This document shows, piece after piece, positions 10,092 to 18,898 of a stretch of DNA of 35,108 nucleotides; the first letter of the stretch is position 1; every line of letters begins with the position of its first letter. The position numbers and the translations under genes were made by a program. The notes under the pieces were generated by a model that made no database searches, was not told where the DNA came from, and saw only the letters and a program-made list of their open reading frames with translations. The stretch comes from Coprobacillus sp. (lineage in GTDB: Bacteria > Bacillota_I > Bacilli_A > RFN20 > CAG-826): NCBI GenBank assembly GCA_021203745.1, contig JAJQAP010000034.1:4317-39424 (forward strand), written 5' to 3'.

Positions 10092-11081
10092 CTAGAACTC
10101 CGCATCCTTAAAGCACTTATTCATCCCCCACCTCACCAGCAAGATGACTGGAGCCCCGATTAATGAGCAGAAGAGACCAAGTGTCGCAGGAGTATTAAGT
10201 CCTGATCCACCACTTTCTTGGTAAATCTCTAGTCCAATAGTCATCGTTCCGTATTGCCCTGAAGTCAGGAAATAAGGCTGTAAATAAACGTTAAACATAC
10301 TCATCATACCGAGAATGAAGAGTGTGGTAATAGTTGACCAAGTTAAAGGAATAATAATCCTTACAAACTCGACAATTCCAGGAGTGCCATCCATCTTGCA
10401 CTGCTCTAAAATATCACGAGGGATTCTCGCCATTCCAGAGGTTATTAAGATAACATCGTATCCAATTCCTGCCCAGACACAGAATATATAGACCATCCAC
10501 TGGGCACTAGAACCAGTAAAGAAGTTAGCGACATTATCCCCAAACAGATAATACCCTGGTCCATTGACGTTAAAGAATAGAGAATAGACAAGAGTTAAAG
10601 CAACAAGAGGAATAACACTAGGTAAATAGAATATCGCCTTAAAGAATCCCGCTGCCATAATCTTTTTAAAGATAAAGTAAGAGAAGATTAAAGCGATTGG
10701 TAGTGTCACAAAACAAGAGACCACGATATAACCTGCGGAGACTGCAAACATCCTCTGAGTGGATGACTCTCCAAAGGAGAGAAACAGCACTTTAAAGTTA
10801 TAGAATAGGTCATCCCATCCAACGAATTGTAATTTCCCTTGGACTGGTTTCTGGAAGGCTAAAAGAATGGAGTTAATGTTCACTCCTACCCACATAAGGA
10901 GAAACTGAGCCACAGGATAAGCAAGCATCACAATGACAAATATTGTGCTCTGCTTAATGACGTGACGACGATGTTTCTGCTTTGGAGTTAAGACTTTTTC
11001 TTCGGGTTCCCCTGTAACTTCTTCGGTAATCGTCGAGTCACTCGTTTCAATTCGTTGTACTTTTAATGCACCTGTTTTCAT
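10092..11081 (-). CDS. Carbohydrate ABC transporter permease (MalF-like)
   Basis: Multiple TM segments; FYLPSVI; degenerate EAA motif EQCKMDG. Confidence 0.9.
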   Translation of the reverse strand: MKTGALKVQRIETSDSTITEEVTGEPEEKVLTPKQKHRRHVIKQSTIFVIVMLAYPVAQFLLMWVGVNINSILLAFQKPVQGKLQFVGWDDLFYNFKVLFLSFGESSTQRMFAVSAGYIVVSCFVTLPIALIFSYFIFKKIMAAGFFKAIFYLPSVIPLVALTLVYSLFFNVNGPGYYLFGDNVANFFTGSSAQWMVYIFCVWAGIGYDVILITSGMARIPRDILEQCKMDGTPGIVEFVRIIIPLTWSTITTLFILGMMSMFNVYLQPYFLTSGQYGTMTIGLEIYQESGGSGLNTPATLGLFCSLIGAPVILLVRWGMNKCFKDAEF

Positions 11082-11105
11082 ATTACGTATTTATTTTTTT
11101 AGTTT

Positions 11106-12608
11106 TTATAAGCCTGCACTCATGCACCATCCTTGCCAACCAGCATTGGCATCAGCATACATCTTTGCCCCAACGGCAGCAGGAGCGGCACTTGCTTTAT
11201 CGTTAGCGTTATTAGATAGAGCCAAAGCATAGTAGTAATCGTTATTAACCCAAGGCATCACTTTATTAGAGGTCCACACAGTAATTGGATTTGTGGATGC
11301 TACTGTAAATGATGTAGATTGCGTTAATTTATCGTAGACACTCTTTGTGTAAGTATCGGTTTCTGTAAGTCCAGAGATATCGACATCGGAGTAGTCAAAG
11401 GCAAGGAAAGCACCTTCCGCTTTATCGACAAAGGTATAACAAGCATCATATGTTGCCATAAAGAGTAAGAAGTCTTTTGCCCCTTCCACGTTATAAGCGT
11501 TAGAAGGGATAATCATTGAATCACCATATCCAACAAGGTAATTGAATGGTCCTTCTTCTTTCGCATTTGGGGCAGTAGGAGTGTTCATAAAACCGATGTT
11601 AAATGGAATCTCTCCATCTTCAGCGACAGAGGATATCTCATATTTTGCCCATTGAGCGTATGGGATCATCGCTGCTCTTTGATTGACGAATTCAGATTGA
11701 GCACTCATAAGGTTATAACCTTGAGCTCCACTTGTGGAGTATTCAGGATGCTCAGCGATAAGGTCATACCATAAAGAGTAAGCTTCGATAAATTCTTTAT
11801 AATATGTATCAGGGTTATATAATTCATAACCATTATAGACGTTAGTTAAGGCATCTAAATCATTGGGGTCGTAGTTATTGACATCTTCTGGTCCGTAGTA
11901 GCGGCAGATAGCCTCTACTTTATCGACCCCCGCAAGTTGAGCCCACCACTCAAAGACAATATAGTCCCAGTAATATTGTCTATCAGTGCCTGACCAAGTA
12001 AAAGGTACGAGGACATTTCGATCATCATCGATGATGTTAGCATCGACAATTGTCTTACATAATTCCGTAAGTTCTTCATAGGTGGTTGGTACTTCCCAAC
12101 CATACTTTTCAAACATATCGATGTTATAGACAATACCACCACAACCTTGGGTATAGCAGACTTTGTAGTAATGCTCTTGCCCATCATCACCAGTGGTTCT
12201 TGAATATTCGAGGTTTTGTTCAAGGTTACGTTCTGCAAATGTCTTGCCAGTTCCCTCTACTTCTGTCTCATAGATATCATCGAGTGGTTCGAGCCACCCT
12301 TGAGCGGCATAAGCTTGCCAGTTAATATCATGGGACATATAGATATCATAATCTGACCCATGACTAACAGCGTCTTCAATACGATCGAGGATTGATTCAT
12401 CCGCTTCAGCGACCACTCTCACACCAGTTAATTCACTATACTGTTCAGCTAGTGATTCAATCCAAGCGGTTCCATATCCACCATCATAGACGCAGATATA
12501 AATAGCATCACTATCAGATCTTGAACTACCACATCCCGCAAGGACTGGGGTGGTAAGCGCAAAAACACACATAAGCGATGCTACTGATAAAATCTTGTTA
12601 AATTTCAT
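11106..12608 (-). CDS. Carbohydrate ABC transporter substrate-binding lipoprotein
   Basis: LAGC lipobox; GGYGTAW, IVYNIDMFEKYGWEVPTTYEEL, AKDFLLFM typical of family-1 SBPs; first gene of the permease operon. Confidence 0.92.
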   Translation of the reverse strand: MKFNKILSVASLMCVFALTTPVLAGCGSSRSDSDAIYICVYDGGYGTAWIESLAEQYSELTGVRVVAEADESILDRIEDAVSHGSDYDIYMSHDINWQAYAAQGWLEPLDDIYETEVEGTGKTFAERNLEQNLEYSRTTGDDGQEHYYKVCYTQGCGGIVYNIDMFEKYGWEVPTTYEELTELCKTIVDANIIDDDRNVLVPFTWSGTDRQYYWDYIVFEWWAQLAGVDKVEAICRYYGPEDVNNYDPNDLDALTNVYNGYELYNPDTYYKEFIEAYSLWYDLIAEHPEYSTSGAQGYNLMSAQSEFVNQRAAMIPYAQWAKYEISSVAEDGEIPFNIGFMNTPTAPNAKEEGPFNYLVGYGDSMIIPSNAYNVEGAKDFLLFMATYDACYTFVDKAEGAFLAFDYSDVDISGLTETDTYTKSVYDKLTQSTSFTVASTNPITVWTSNKVMPWVNNDYYYALALSNNANDKASAAPAAVGAKMYADANAGWQGWCMSAGL

Positions 12609-12643
12609 ATGATTAATCTCCTTTACTCAATAAAATTACTATT

Positions 12644-12661
12644 TAGGAAATCGTTTTCTTA
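12644..12661. promoter_or_regulatory. LacI-family operator, copy 2 (over predicted +1 of the SBP operon)
   Basis: TAGGAAATCGTTTTCTTA palindrome. Confidence 0.8.
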
Positions 12662-12666
12662 ATAGT

Positions 12667-12695
12667 AGTATATTCTCTTAAAAAATAGACTTCAA
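12667..12695 (-). promoter_or_regulatory. Sigma-A promoter of the SBP-permease-phosphorylase-GH16 operon
   Basis: Minus strand TTGAAG-17 nt-TATACT. Confidence 0.7.
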
Positions 12696-12807
12696 ATAAT
12701 TTTTGGGATTTTGTGGAAAATTATCAAGATTAGTAAAATAAATATTATTTTAGTAGACATTTAAATAAACGTATGGAAAAAGAAGAAAATAACAATTAAA
12801 ATAGAAT

Positions 12808-12825
12808 TAAGAAATCGGTTTCCTA
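12808..12825. promoter_or_regulatory. LacI-family operator, copy 3 (just downstream of the -10 of the divergent GH16)
   Basis: TAAGAAATCGGTTTCCTA; TAAAAT at 12797-12802 upstream; GGAGG RBS downstream. Confidence 0.8.
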
Positions 12826-12840
12826 GATGGAGGAATTGAT

Positions 12841-14319
12841 ATGAAAAAAGTAAATAAGAATATATGGTCACTCGCTTTAAGCGCCTTACTTTTATGTGGT
12901 TGTAGTGGTTCTTCTACCACTCAAAATAGTGTTATTGAATTTGGAGATACTGATTACTACAGCACTATTGAAGATAGGGTTTCCTTTAACTATAACGATG
13001 AGAGAAATATCGATGAACATTTTGAAGGTGGGATGGATGATTCTAAATGGTATGCCCTTGAAGGAGCGTGGCACAATACCGATAGTACCGCTCCCCATAA
13101 CGGAATGAAACATCGTAATCTCTACTATACAGAAACCCCAAGTGGAAGCACATATCTTGCAATAAAAGGTAAAGGTTATTACTATACGGGTGATGACTTT
13201 GAATACAATAAACCAGAAGGTGGATGTATTATCTCAAAAGATCATTTAGGTCCAGGAAGATATGAAATAGAAATGGCCGCTCTTCCACGCGAGGGAGCGG
13301 TATCAGCAATGTGGACATATTGCACCACGACAGGTAACGAAGCAACAAGTCAAAATGAAATAGATATAGAACTAGGTGGAACCACAAACGGCACACAATT
13401 TGAAAACCTCTGGTCCACCACTTGGACAAAACAATCTGTCAAAGATACAGATACCATTGATGTTACAGATTATCTCTACACTAATGATGGACAAATCCAT
13501 AAATACACTTTTGACTGGTATACAAATTACCAAGGAACTGGCGAAAAGAGAGTGGACTGGTTTATCGATGGAATCTTTATGGATTCCATAACTGGTAATG
13601 CTGTCCCTGAATACGACACTCCACTTTGGATTGGTGTGTGGTTCCCTCCTCTTTGGGCTGGTAACCCATCATTTGTGGAAGATTATATGGTCGTTAAGAG
13701 TGTTACTTACACCGCTTTTGAAAATAGACAATGGTACGATGAGTGTAAGGCTGGTGCGGGTTATAACAAAGTTGATCCCTCTAGTTTAGATTTCCAAACA
13801 ATCCCTTGGGAAACAGTTAGAGATGTCGAAAAACTTGGTAATTCCCATCTTGATAATCTCGAACAGGCTCCAAGAGATGGTTCCTATTATGGCTGGGCCG
13901 AAGAAAGCGCCTCAAAAGGCGAGGTCTCCCTTGTCGATGGAGAGTCCGATAAAGCAATTAAACTAACGGCCTCGGATAACACATCAGAGTCCATCCATGG
14001 AGAATATCTAAAACAAACAATCTCAAATGCTTTTGATGGATATAAATATCATTTAACAGGATCCGCAAAACTTGAAGACAGTGCAAGTTCTGGAAATATC
14101 GAGATAAGATTCTTAAATAAATCAGGCTCTTCAATATCTAATTCAAAAATTGATATACCAATTGAATCATATGAAGAATATCAAAAAATTGACATACAAT
14201 TAAGTGTGCCAACTGGTGCTAAGAGTCTAACGATAGGATTAACCGCTGAAGAGGGGTCAGTCATCTACGATGAGATGAGTCTTATATTTGAGGCTGGTGT
14301 TCCCAATATCTCAATTTAA
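12841..14319 (+). CDS. Lipoprotein GH16 with EIDIE motif and C-terminal CBM4/9-like jelly-roll domain
   Basis: LCGC lipobox; G.VSAMWTY...NEIDIE, HKYTFDW, VDWFIDG, LWIGVW; C-terminal domain ending VPTGAKSLTIGL...YDEMSL. Confidence 0.8.
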   Translation: MKKVNKNIWSLALSALLLCGCSGSSTTQNSVIEFGDTDYYSTIEDRVSFNYNDERNIDEHFEGGMDDSKWYALEGAWHNTDSTAPHNGMKHRNLYYTETPSGSTYLAIKGKGYYYTGDDFEYNKPEGGCIISKDHLGPGRYEIEMAALPREGAVSAMWTYCTTTGNEATSQNEIDIELGGTTNGTQFENLWSTTWTKQSVKDTDTIDVTDYLYTNDGQIHKYTFDWYTNYQGTGEKRVDWFIDGIFMDSITGNAVPEYDTPLWIGVWFPPLWAGNPSFVEDYMVVKSVTYTAFENRQWYDECKAGAGYNKVDPSSLDFQTIPWETVRDVEKLGNSHLDNLEQAPRDGSYYGWAEESASKGEVSLVDGESDKAIKLTASDNTSESIHGEYLKQTISNAFDGYKYHLTGSAKLEDSASSGNIEIRFLNKSGSSISNSKIDIPIESYEEYQKIDIQLSVPTGAKSLTIGLTAEEGSVIYDEMSLIFEAGVPNISI

Positions 14320-15318
14320 TTTTATATTTTTCACTGTTTCTCCTGTAATAAGAGTTCCCTCAAGTTCTGTTACTTGGGGGACTTTTTGTCCGTTCATTAA
14401 AGCGATAAGATGATCCGCAAGGACTTTACCAATCCTTGAAGCGTCTTGTTTATAAGTCGTTAATGTTTTTGGGAGAAGATATCCAACATCGGTTCCATCA
14501 AATCCGGTTATGGATATATCTTCTGGGACTTTTTTTCCAAGGGCGTTTGCCGCTTTTATGGCCGCACAAGCGGTGTAATCGTCGGGGAACATGATACAAG
14601 TAACCTCAGGATGATTTAAGATAATCTCTTGGGTTATTTGATAGGCTTGATTAGTCCCGTAGTAGGGCATTGTTTTAAAAAGATACTTATTAAAAGACAA
14701 ACCATGTTTAGCTAATGAATCTTGATAACCTTTTAATCTATAATTTGCAACAAGGGTGTCATCTCCAAGTACTAGATATATATTCTTATGTCCCATATCG
14801 ATGACATAGTCCGTTAACTCTTCCATGGCTTTCACGCTGTTTGAGCGGACAGAGCAAGTATCCTCTCCATAATAGTCAAAGACAATTGTGGGGATATCGC
14901 TCTTTAGAAGGTCAAAAGTCATTTCATCGATGATAAAACCAAAGATTAAGACTCCACCGATATTTCGAGAACGGCAGTTCGCAAGATAAGACTCTTCTCT
15001 TCCTTTTATTGATTTATCCACAAATAAAAGATCATAACCATTTTTAATAATCTCATTTTGGAAGGCAACAAGGATTTTAGAAAAGAGAGGATGACCAAAA
15101 GGGGACTCTTCATTAGATAAAAATCCTAGTATTCCAATATTTCTCGATAATTTCGTGGAGAGTTGAGAAGCCACGCTATTAGGGTAAAAGTTATACTCTT
15201 CAATCGTCCTTAAAACCTTCTCACGGGTTTCCGCAGGAATTGAGGGGTAATTGTTGATTACCTTACTGACAGTGGAAGTCGATACACCACAAATTTTAGC
15301 AATGTCTTTAATGGTCAT
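14311..15318 (-). CDS. LacI-family transcriptional regulator
   Basis: MTIKDIAKICGVSTSTVSKVIN HTH, YPN hinge, VPEDISITGFD. Confidence 0.96.
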   Translation of the reverse strand: MTIKDIAKICGVSTSTVSKVINNYPSIPAETREKVLRTIEEYNFYPNSVASQLSTKLSRNIGILGFLSNEESPFGHPLFSKILVAFQNEIIKNGYDLLFVDKSIKGREESYLANCRSRNIGGVLIFGFIIDEMTFDLLKSDIPTIVFDYYGEDTCSVRSNSVKAMEELTDYVIDMGHKNIYLVLGDDTLVANYRLKGYQDSLAKHGLSFNKYLFKTMPYYGTNQAYQITQEIILNHPEVTCIMFPDDYTACAAIKAANALGKKVPEDISITGFDGTDVGYLLPKTLTTYKQDASRIGKVLADHLIALMNGQKVPQVTELEGTLITGETVKNIKLN

Positions 15319-15322
15319 AATC

Positions 15323-16627
15323 CTAAATCTCTAACGTCACTGTGTTCATTGAATGACTTCTAAGTTTTATAAGATAAAACTTATTAGATACCTTAACCTT
15401 TAGGAAACGAGAATTTCCTAAATTAAGGATTAAAATTATTATACACTTTTTCTTGCTATTGTAAAACGTGGCGATATTTAACTTTTTAAGGGAAAAAACA
15501 TCTAAAACCACTCTCTGGCAGTCACTTCCAATAAAGGAAGATATATGTTTAATCGCGTAATATGAGGGATTAATAACAATGTTGTTATTATCTTTATCAT
15601 ACATCAGTGGTGCTTCACAGAAATTACCGACATGATTAGGCCCACCATCGGTATCTAAAAGTATGTTCCAATCAAGGAAAATCGATGTTCCTGAATTTAG
15701 ATCTGTTATATAGGAGTTAAAATACCTTAGGGCGTCTTCATACTTCTTTTTTGGGGTTTTCGATAGTCCTTCTATACAACCTTCTGAAAACACAAGGGTC
15801 TTTTTAGGATATTTATCATGAACCTTTTTGACGTTTTCAAATTGAATATCGTCATACCAATGGAAGGTAACGTAGTTAAAGAGGTTATAGGTATTATATT
15901 TGGTAAAAGATTTGTCAACCCAAGTATAGAGATCATCTCTATTATGATCATATATCGCTAGGTCGACATGTTGACCATTTTGTTTCAATACGTTATATAA
16001 AATTTGCGCAAAATGGGCTTCTTCATCCACTTTATAAAGGCATGATTCCCAAGGGACTTTTGCTTCGGGTTCATTATTAATAGAAAGAAAGGAAAAATCG
16101 ATTCCTGACTCTTTCATACTTTTTAGGTATTTAGAGATGTATTGAGCGTGATTTTGATAGTATTGGGGAAGGAGTCTTCCACCCACTTTATTTTGGTTAG
16201 ATTTATAGATTGGGAGTGGGGACCAAATAGATCCCATCAATGTTAAAGGATGATATTCTTTTTCTACCCTTTTAATAAAACCAATTAAATCGTCTTCGTA
16301 TGGGTGGATATTAAAGTCTGAAAGGTCCACTTTTTTTGCATACGTATAATCATTTTTATTAAAATCACACGTTCCTATTGGGATTCGTGCGTATTTATAA
16401 TTTAGACCAGTTTCTGCGTAGATTAAATCGAGAAATGTTTTCTTTTGAGCTTCATCTAAAAGGTTGTAGTTATATAAAACGGCATTAGTAATAGCCCCTC
16501 CAAAACCAAGGATCTTTTGATCGAGTTTAGACACATCAATATTAAGAGCCTTTTTGCTCTTAGATGTTTTCTTTACTTTGCTTACAGCAAAGTATTTATT
16601 TTTCGTGCTGTATAGGTGAGTCATCAA
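15323..16627 (-). CDS. GH30 glycoside hydrolase (glucosylceramidase-like; candidate beta-1,6-glucanase)
   Basis: GFGGAIT, RIPIGTCDF, WSP, NNEP (acid/base), FHWY, SEGC (nucleophile), DWNILLD..GGPNHVGN; no signal peptide. Confidence 0.88.
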   Translation of the reverse strand: MMTHLYSTKNKYFAVSKVKKTSKSKKALNIDVSKLDQKILGFGGAITNAVLYNYNLLDEAQKKTFLDLIYAETGLNYKYARIPIGTCDFNKNDYTYAKKVDLSDFNIHPYEDDLIGFIKRVEKEYHPLTLMGSIWSPLPIYKSNQNKVGGRLLPQYYQNHAQYISKYLKSMKESGIDFSFLSINNEPEAKVPWESCLYKVDEEAHFAQILYNVLKQNGQHVDLAIYDHNRDDLYTWVDKSFTKYNTYNLFNYVTFHWYDDIQFENVKKVHDKYPKKTLVFSEGCIEGLSKTPKKKYEDALRYFNSYITDLNSGTSIFLDWNILLDTDGGPNHVGNFCEAPLMYDKDNNNIVINPSYYAIKHISSFIGSDCQRVVLDVFSLKKLNIATFYNSKKKCIIILILNLGNSRFLKVKVSNKFYLIKLRSHSMNTVTLEI

Positions 16628-17450
16628 TTTCTTTTGCCAGTCCTTTTCGATAAACTTCTGGATATGATTTAGAGTTTATTGTTCGATCAAAGATATACAT
16701 GGAGTAAAGCATAAATACAGCGGTAGAAAACCCAAAATAAAACAGGGCGCACACTAAAACCACTATCGCTTGCCCAATAAAGTAAGGAATAAAGCTAAAA
16801 CAGAAAAATGGCACGAGCATGATTGCGGTGACCCCAATCACTCTTCCAAAGTCACCAATAATAAACCTTACCGAATTAGTAATAAGTTGGGTAAAGGTGG
16901 CGTTATAGAAAATCGATTGAGTTAAAGCTAGGGCGGTTACCATAAAAACGATAATAAAGATAACATACATTAAACCGATAATGATGACTTTCCAAACTGT
17001 TGACATGCTGGTGTTATAATCGAGCATTGCTCCAAAGATATTCATTAAAAAGTAAACGATTCCAAAGGTTAAAAAAGAGAGCGAGCATCCTTTCGCGTAT
17101 TTTCTTACTCCTTCAAAAAAGTCTTTTGTGACTGTCGAACCTTCATTATAAAAAGTCTTTTTAAAGAAGTTTAAACCCCCACCTATTCCAAGACCAAAGA
17201 CCACAATGAGAGGGATAGCCACTCCATAGACAATAAGGTAGATCCAAATCGAGGGATCAACATCGCTTAAAAAAGTATAGTAAGAAAAGATAAGCCAAAA
17301 GACTAAGGGAATTAAAAAGATAAACATATAAATAGAAACGATGACATAGTCCCAAAAACGCCACCTAAGGGTGTCTTTTAACTGTCCTCTTCGATTTATT
17401 GGAAGCGGTACATCAGTCGCGGCAAATGGTGCTCTTTTTTTTCTTGGCAT
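16596..17450 (-). CDS. Integral membrane protein, DUF624/YesL-like
   Basis: About six TM helices; V.KDFF.G.R motif; start likely ATG 17450 after GGAG rather than TTG 17462. Confidence 0.65.
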   Translation of the reverse strand: MPRKKRAPFAATDVPLPINRRGQLKDTLRWRFWDYVIVSIYMFIFLIPLVFWLIFSYYTFLSDVDPSIWIYLIVYGVAIPLIVVFGLGIGGGLNFFKKTFYNEGSTVTKDFFEGVRKYAKGCSLSFLTFGIVYFLMNIFGAMLDYNTSMSTVWKVIIIGLMYVIFIIVFMVTALALTQSIFYNATFTQLITNSVRFIIGDFGRVIGVTAIMLVPFFCFSFIPYFIGQAIVVLVCALFYFGFSTAVFMLYSMYIFDRTINSKSYPEVYRKGLAKEIDDSPIQHEK

Positions 17451-17451
17451 C

Positions 17452-18120
17452 TTATTCTCCAAATCTATTTATTAAATAACCTAAAGCAATAAAGGCATTA
17501 TCGGTAACACTAGTTTCGATGTATGAGTGTATATTCTCACTAAAGAGGTTAATGATTAGATAATAAGAGTCCTCTTCTCCCTCATAGTCTAGCCAGTTAG
17601 TAAATCCTACGTATTCATTATACTCTTTGTCGTCTGGATCAAAAATCTTTATCCCATAATAGAGTCCATCATACTCAAAGTGCTTATAAGAGTTAAAATC
17701 TTTATCCACATTAGAGTAGTTAAAGAGATTCTCATCGTATCCAAGGAAGTTATCACCGACTAGCTCCGCTAAATCAGAAAGGTCATACTCTGGCATGATA
17801 AGTAAATCCGCATAAACCCCAAGAGATAGGTATATCTGGTAGAGGTTTGATTCGTTTTTTGGATAGTCGTATAAATCTACTTCTAAAACAGGGTCATCGG
17901 TTACCCCGCTATTCATATAATCATAGATATCACTAGCAATATCTTCTTTCACATCGTTAGCAATAACAAAGAGTGATATCTTTTCGTAGTCGTAGATTCT
18001 ATTTATTAGTTGAAAGGTATAATACCAAGCAACATAAACGAGGACGATAACGATAATTAAAGGAACCGTAAAATAGGTAAAGAAATTTCTGACTCCTCTT
18101 TTATTTAATCCTGAGTGCAT
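17452..18120 (-). CDS. Hypothetical membrane-anchored protein
   Basis: One N-terminal TM helix then an acidic soluble domain; overlaps or abuts its neighbours in an operon. Confidence 0.75.
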   Translation of the reverse strand: MHSGLNKRGVRNFFTYFTVPLIIVIVLVYVAWYYTFQLINRIYDYEKISLFVIANDVKEDIASDIYDYMNSGVTDDPVLEVDLYDYPKNESNLYQIYLSLGVYADLLIMPEYDLSDLAELVGDNFLGYDENLFNYSNVDKDFNSYKHFEYDGLYYGIKIFDPDDKEYNEYVGFTNWLDYEGEEDSYYLIINLFSENIHSYIETSVTDNAFIALGYLINRFGE

Positions 18121-18593
18121 TCTTGATACTCTCCTAAAAAGAAGTCTCGATAACTAACCTCGTATGTTTTACCCGCTTCCAAATCCACTTTAACATCCTT
18201 ATAGATATAGAAATGGATTTCATTCTCGTTATCGACAAATTTAAATGATAAGCAGTGGCATTCAAGCCTTTTCACTGTCTCTGTCTTTTCCCTTTCTTCT
18301 AAAAACACAAGTGTGAGTTTTTGATGTCCAACATTATTATAGTCGTAGATTATTTTTCGGTATCGTCTAATAGGGATAACAGAAGCATATATAATAAGCC
18401 AAAAGAAGAAGATATATAAGGCTGTTGCAATTGTAGAAAGTATCACATATAGAGTCTGTAATTCTCTTATCTGGAAATAGAGAATAAGAAAAATAATAAG
18501 ACCAAAAATAACACTTATGCCTATTAAAATATAAAGATTCTTATAGTTCTCTTTCTTTAGGTGTTTCGATAAATCATCATTAAGTATTTTCAT
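18105..18593 (-). CDS. Hypothetical membrane protein (two TM helices)
   Basis: 162-aa ORF with two hydrophobic segments; first gene of the operon ending in lacI. Confidence 0.75.
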   Translation of the reverse strand: MKILNDDLSKHLKKENYKNLYILIGISVIFGLIIFLILYFQIRELQTLYVILSTIATALYIFFFWLIIYASVIPIRRYRKIIYDYNNVGHQKLTLVFLEEREKTETVKRLECHCLSFKFVDNENEIHFYIYKDVKVDLEAGKTYEVSYRDFFLGEYQECTQD

Positions 18594-18898
18594 GTTTTAT
18601 TTATTTTATCAAAGATAAAGGATTTTATAAATAAAAGTAAATAAAGGAACCTCAAGGTGCCTAATTTAATAGAGTTAATTATGGAAGATATTTTTAAATA
18701 CGTATAGACTGTCGCATCATTCTTTATAGATAATTTAAAAATATGAATGTTTGTCAAAATGAGGTAACCACTATTATGTTTCTTTTTTATCGTCTATGTA
18801 AGGATATTAGTCTCTAAAAGAGATAAAAATAAAATTACATAGTTATCTTTTTCTCTAAGTGTGGTAAGATACTATATTGAATTGAGGTACATAGTATT

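Noticed and set aside
14311-14319. 9-bp convergent overlap of GH16 and lacI
   Set aside because: Short tail-to-tail overlaps are ordinary in compact genomes.
18620-18800. Possible small RNA or leader peptide (TTGACA, 8-codon MMRQSIRI, weak hairpin near 18645-18662)
   Set aside because: No properly spaced -10, no RBS and a mismatched stem; insufficient support.
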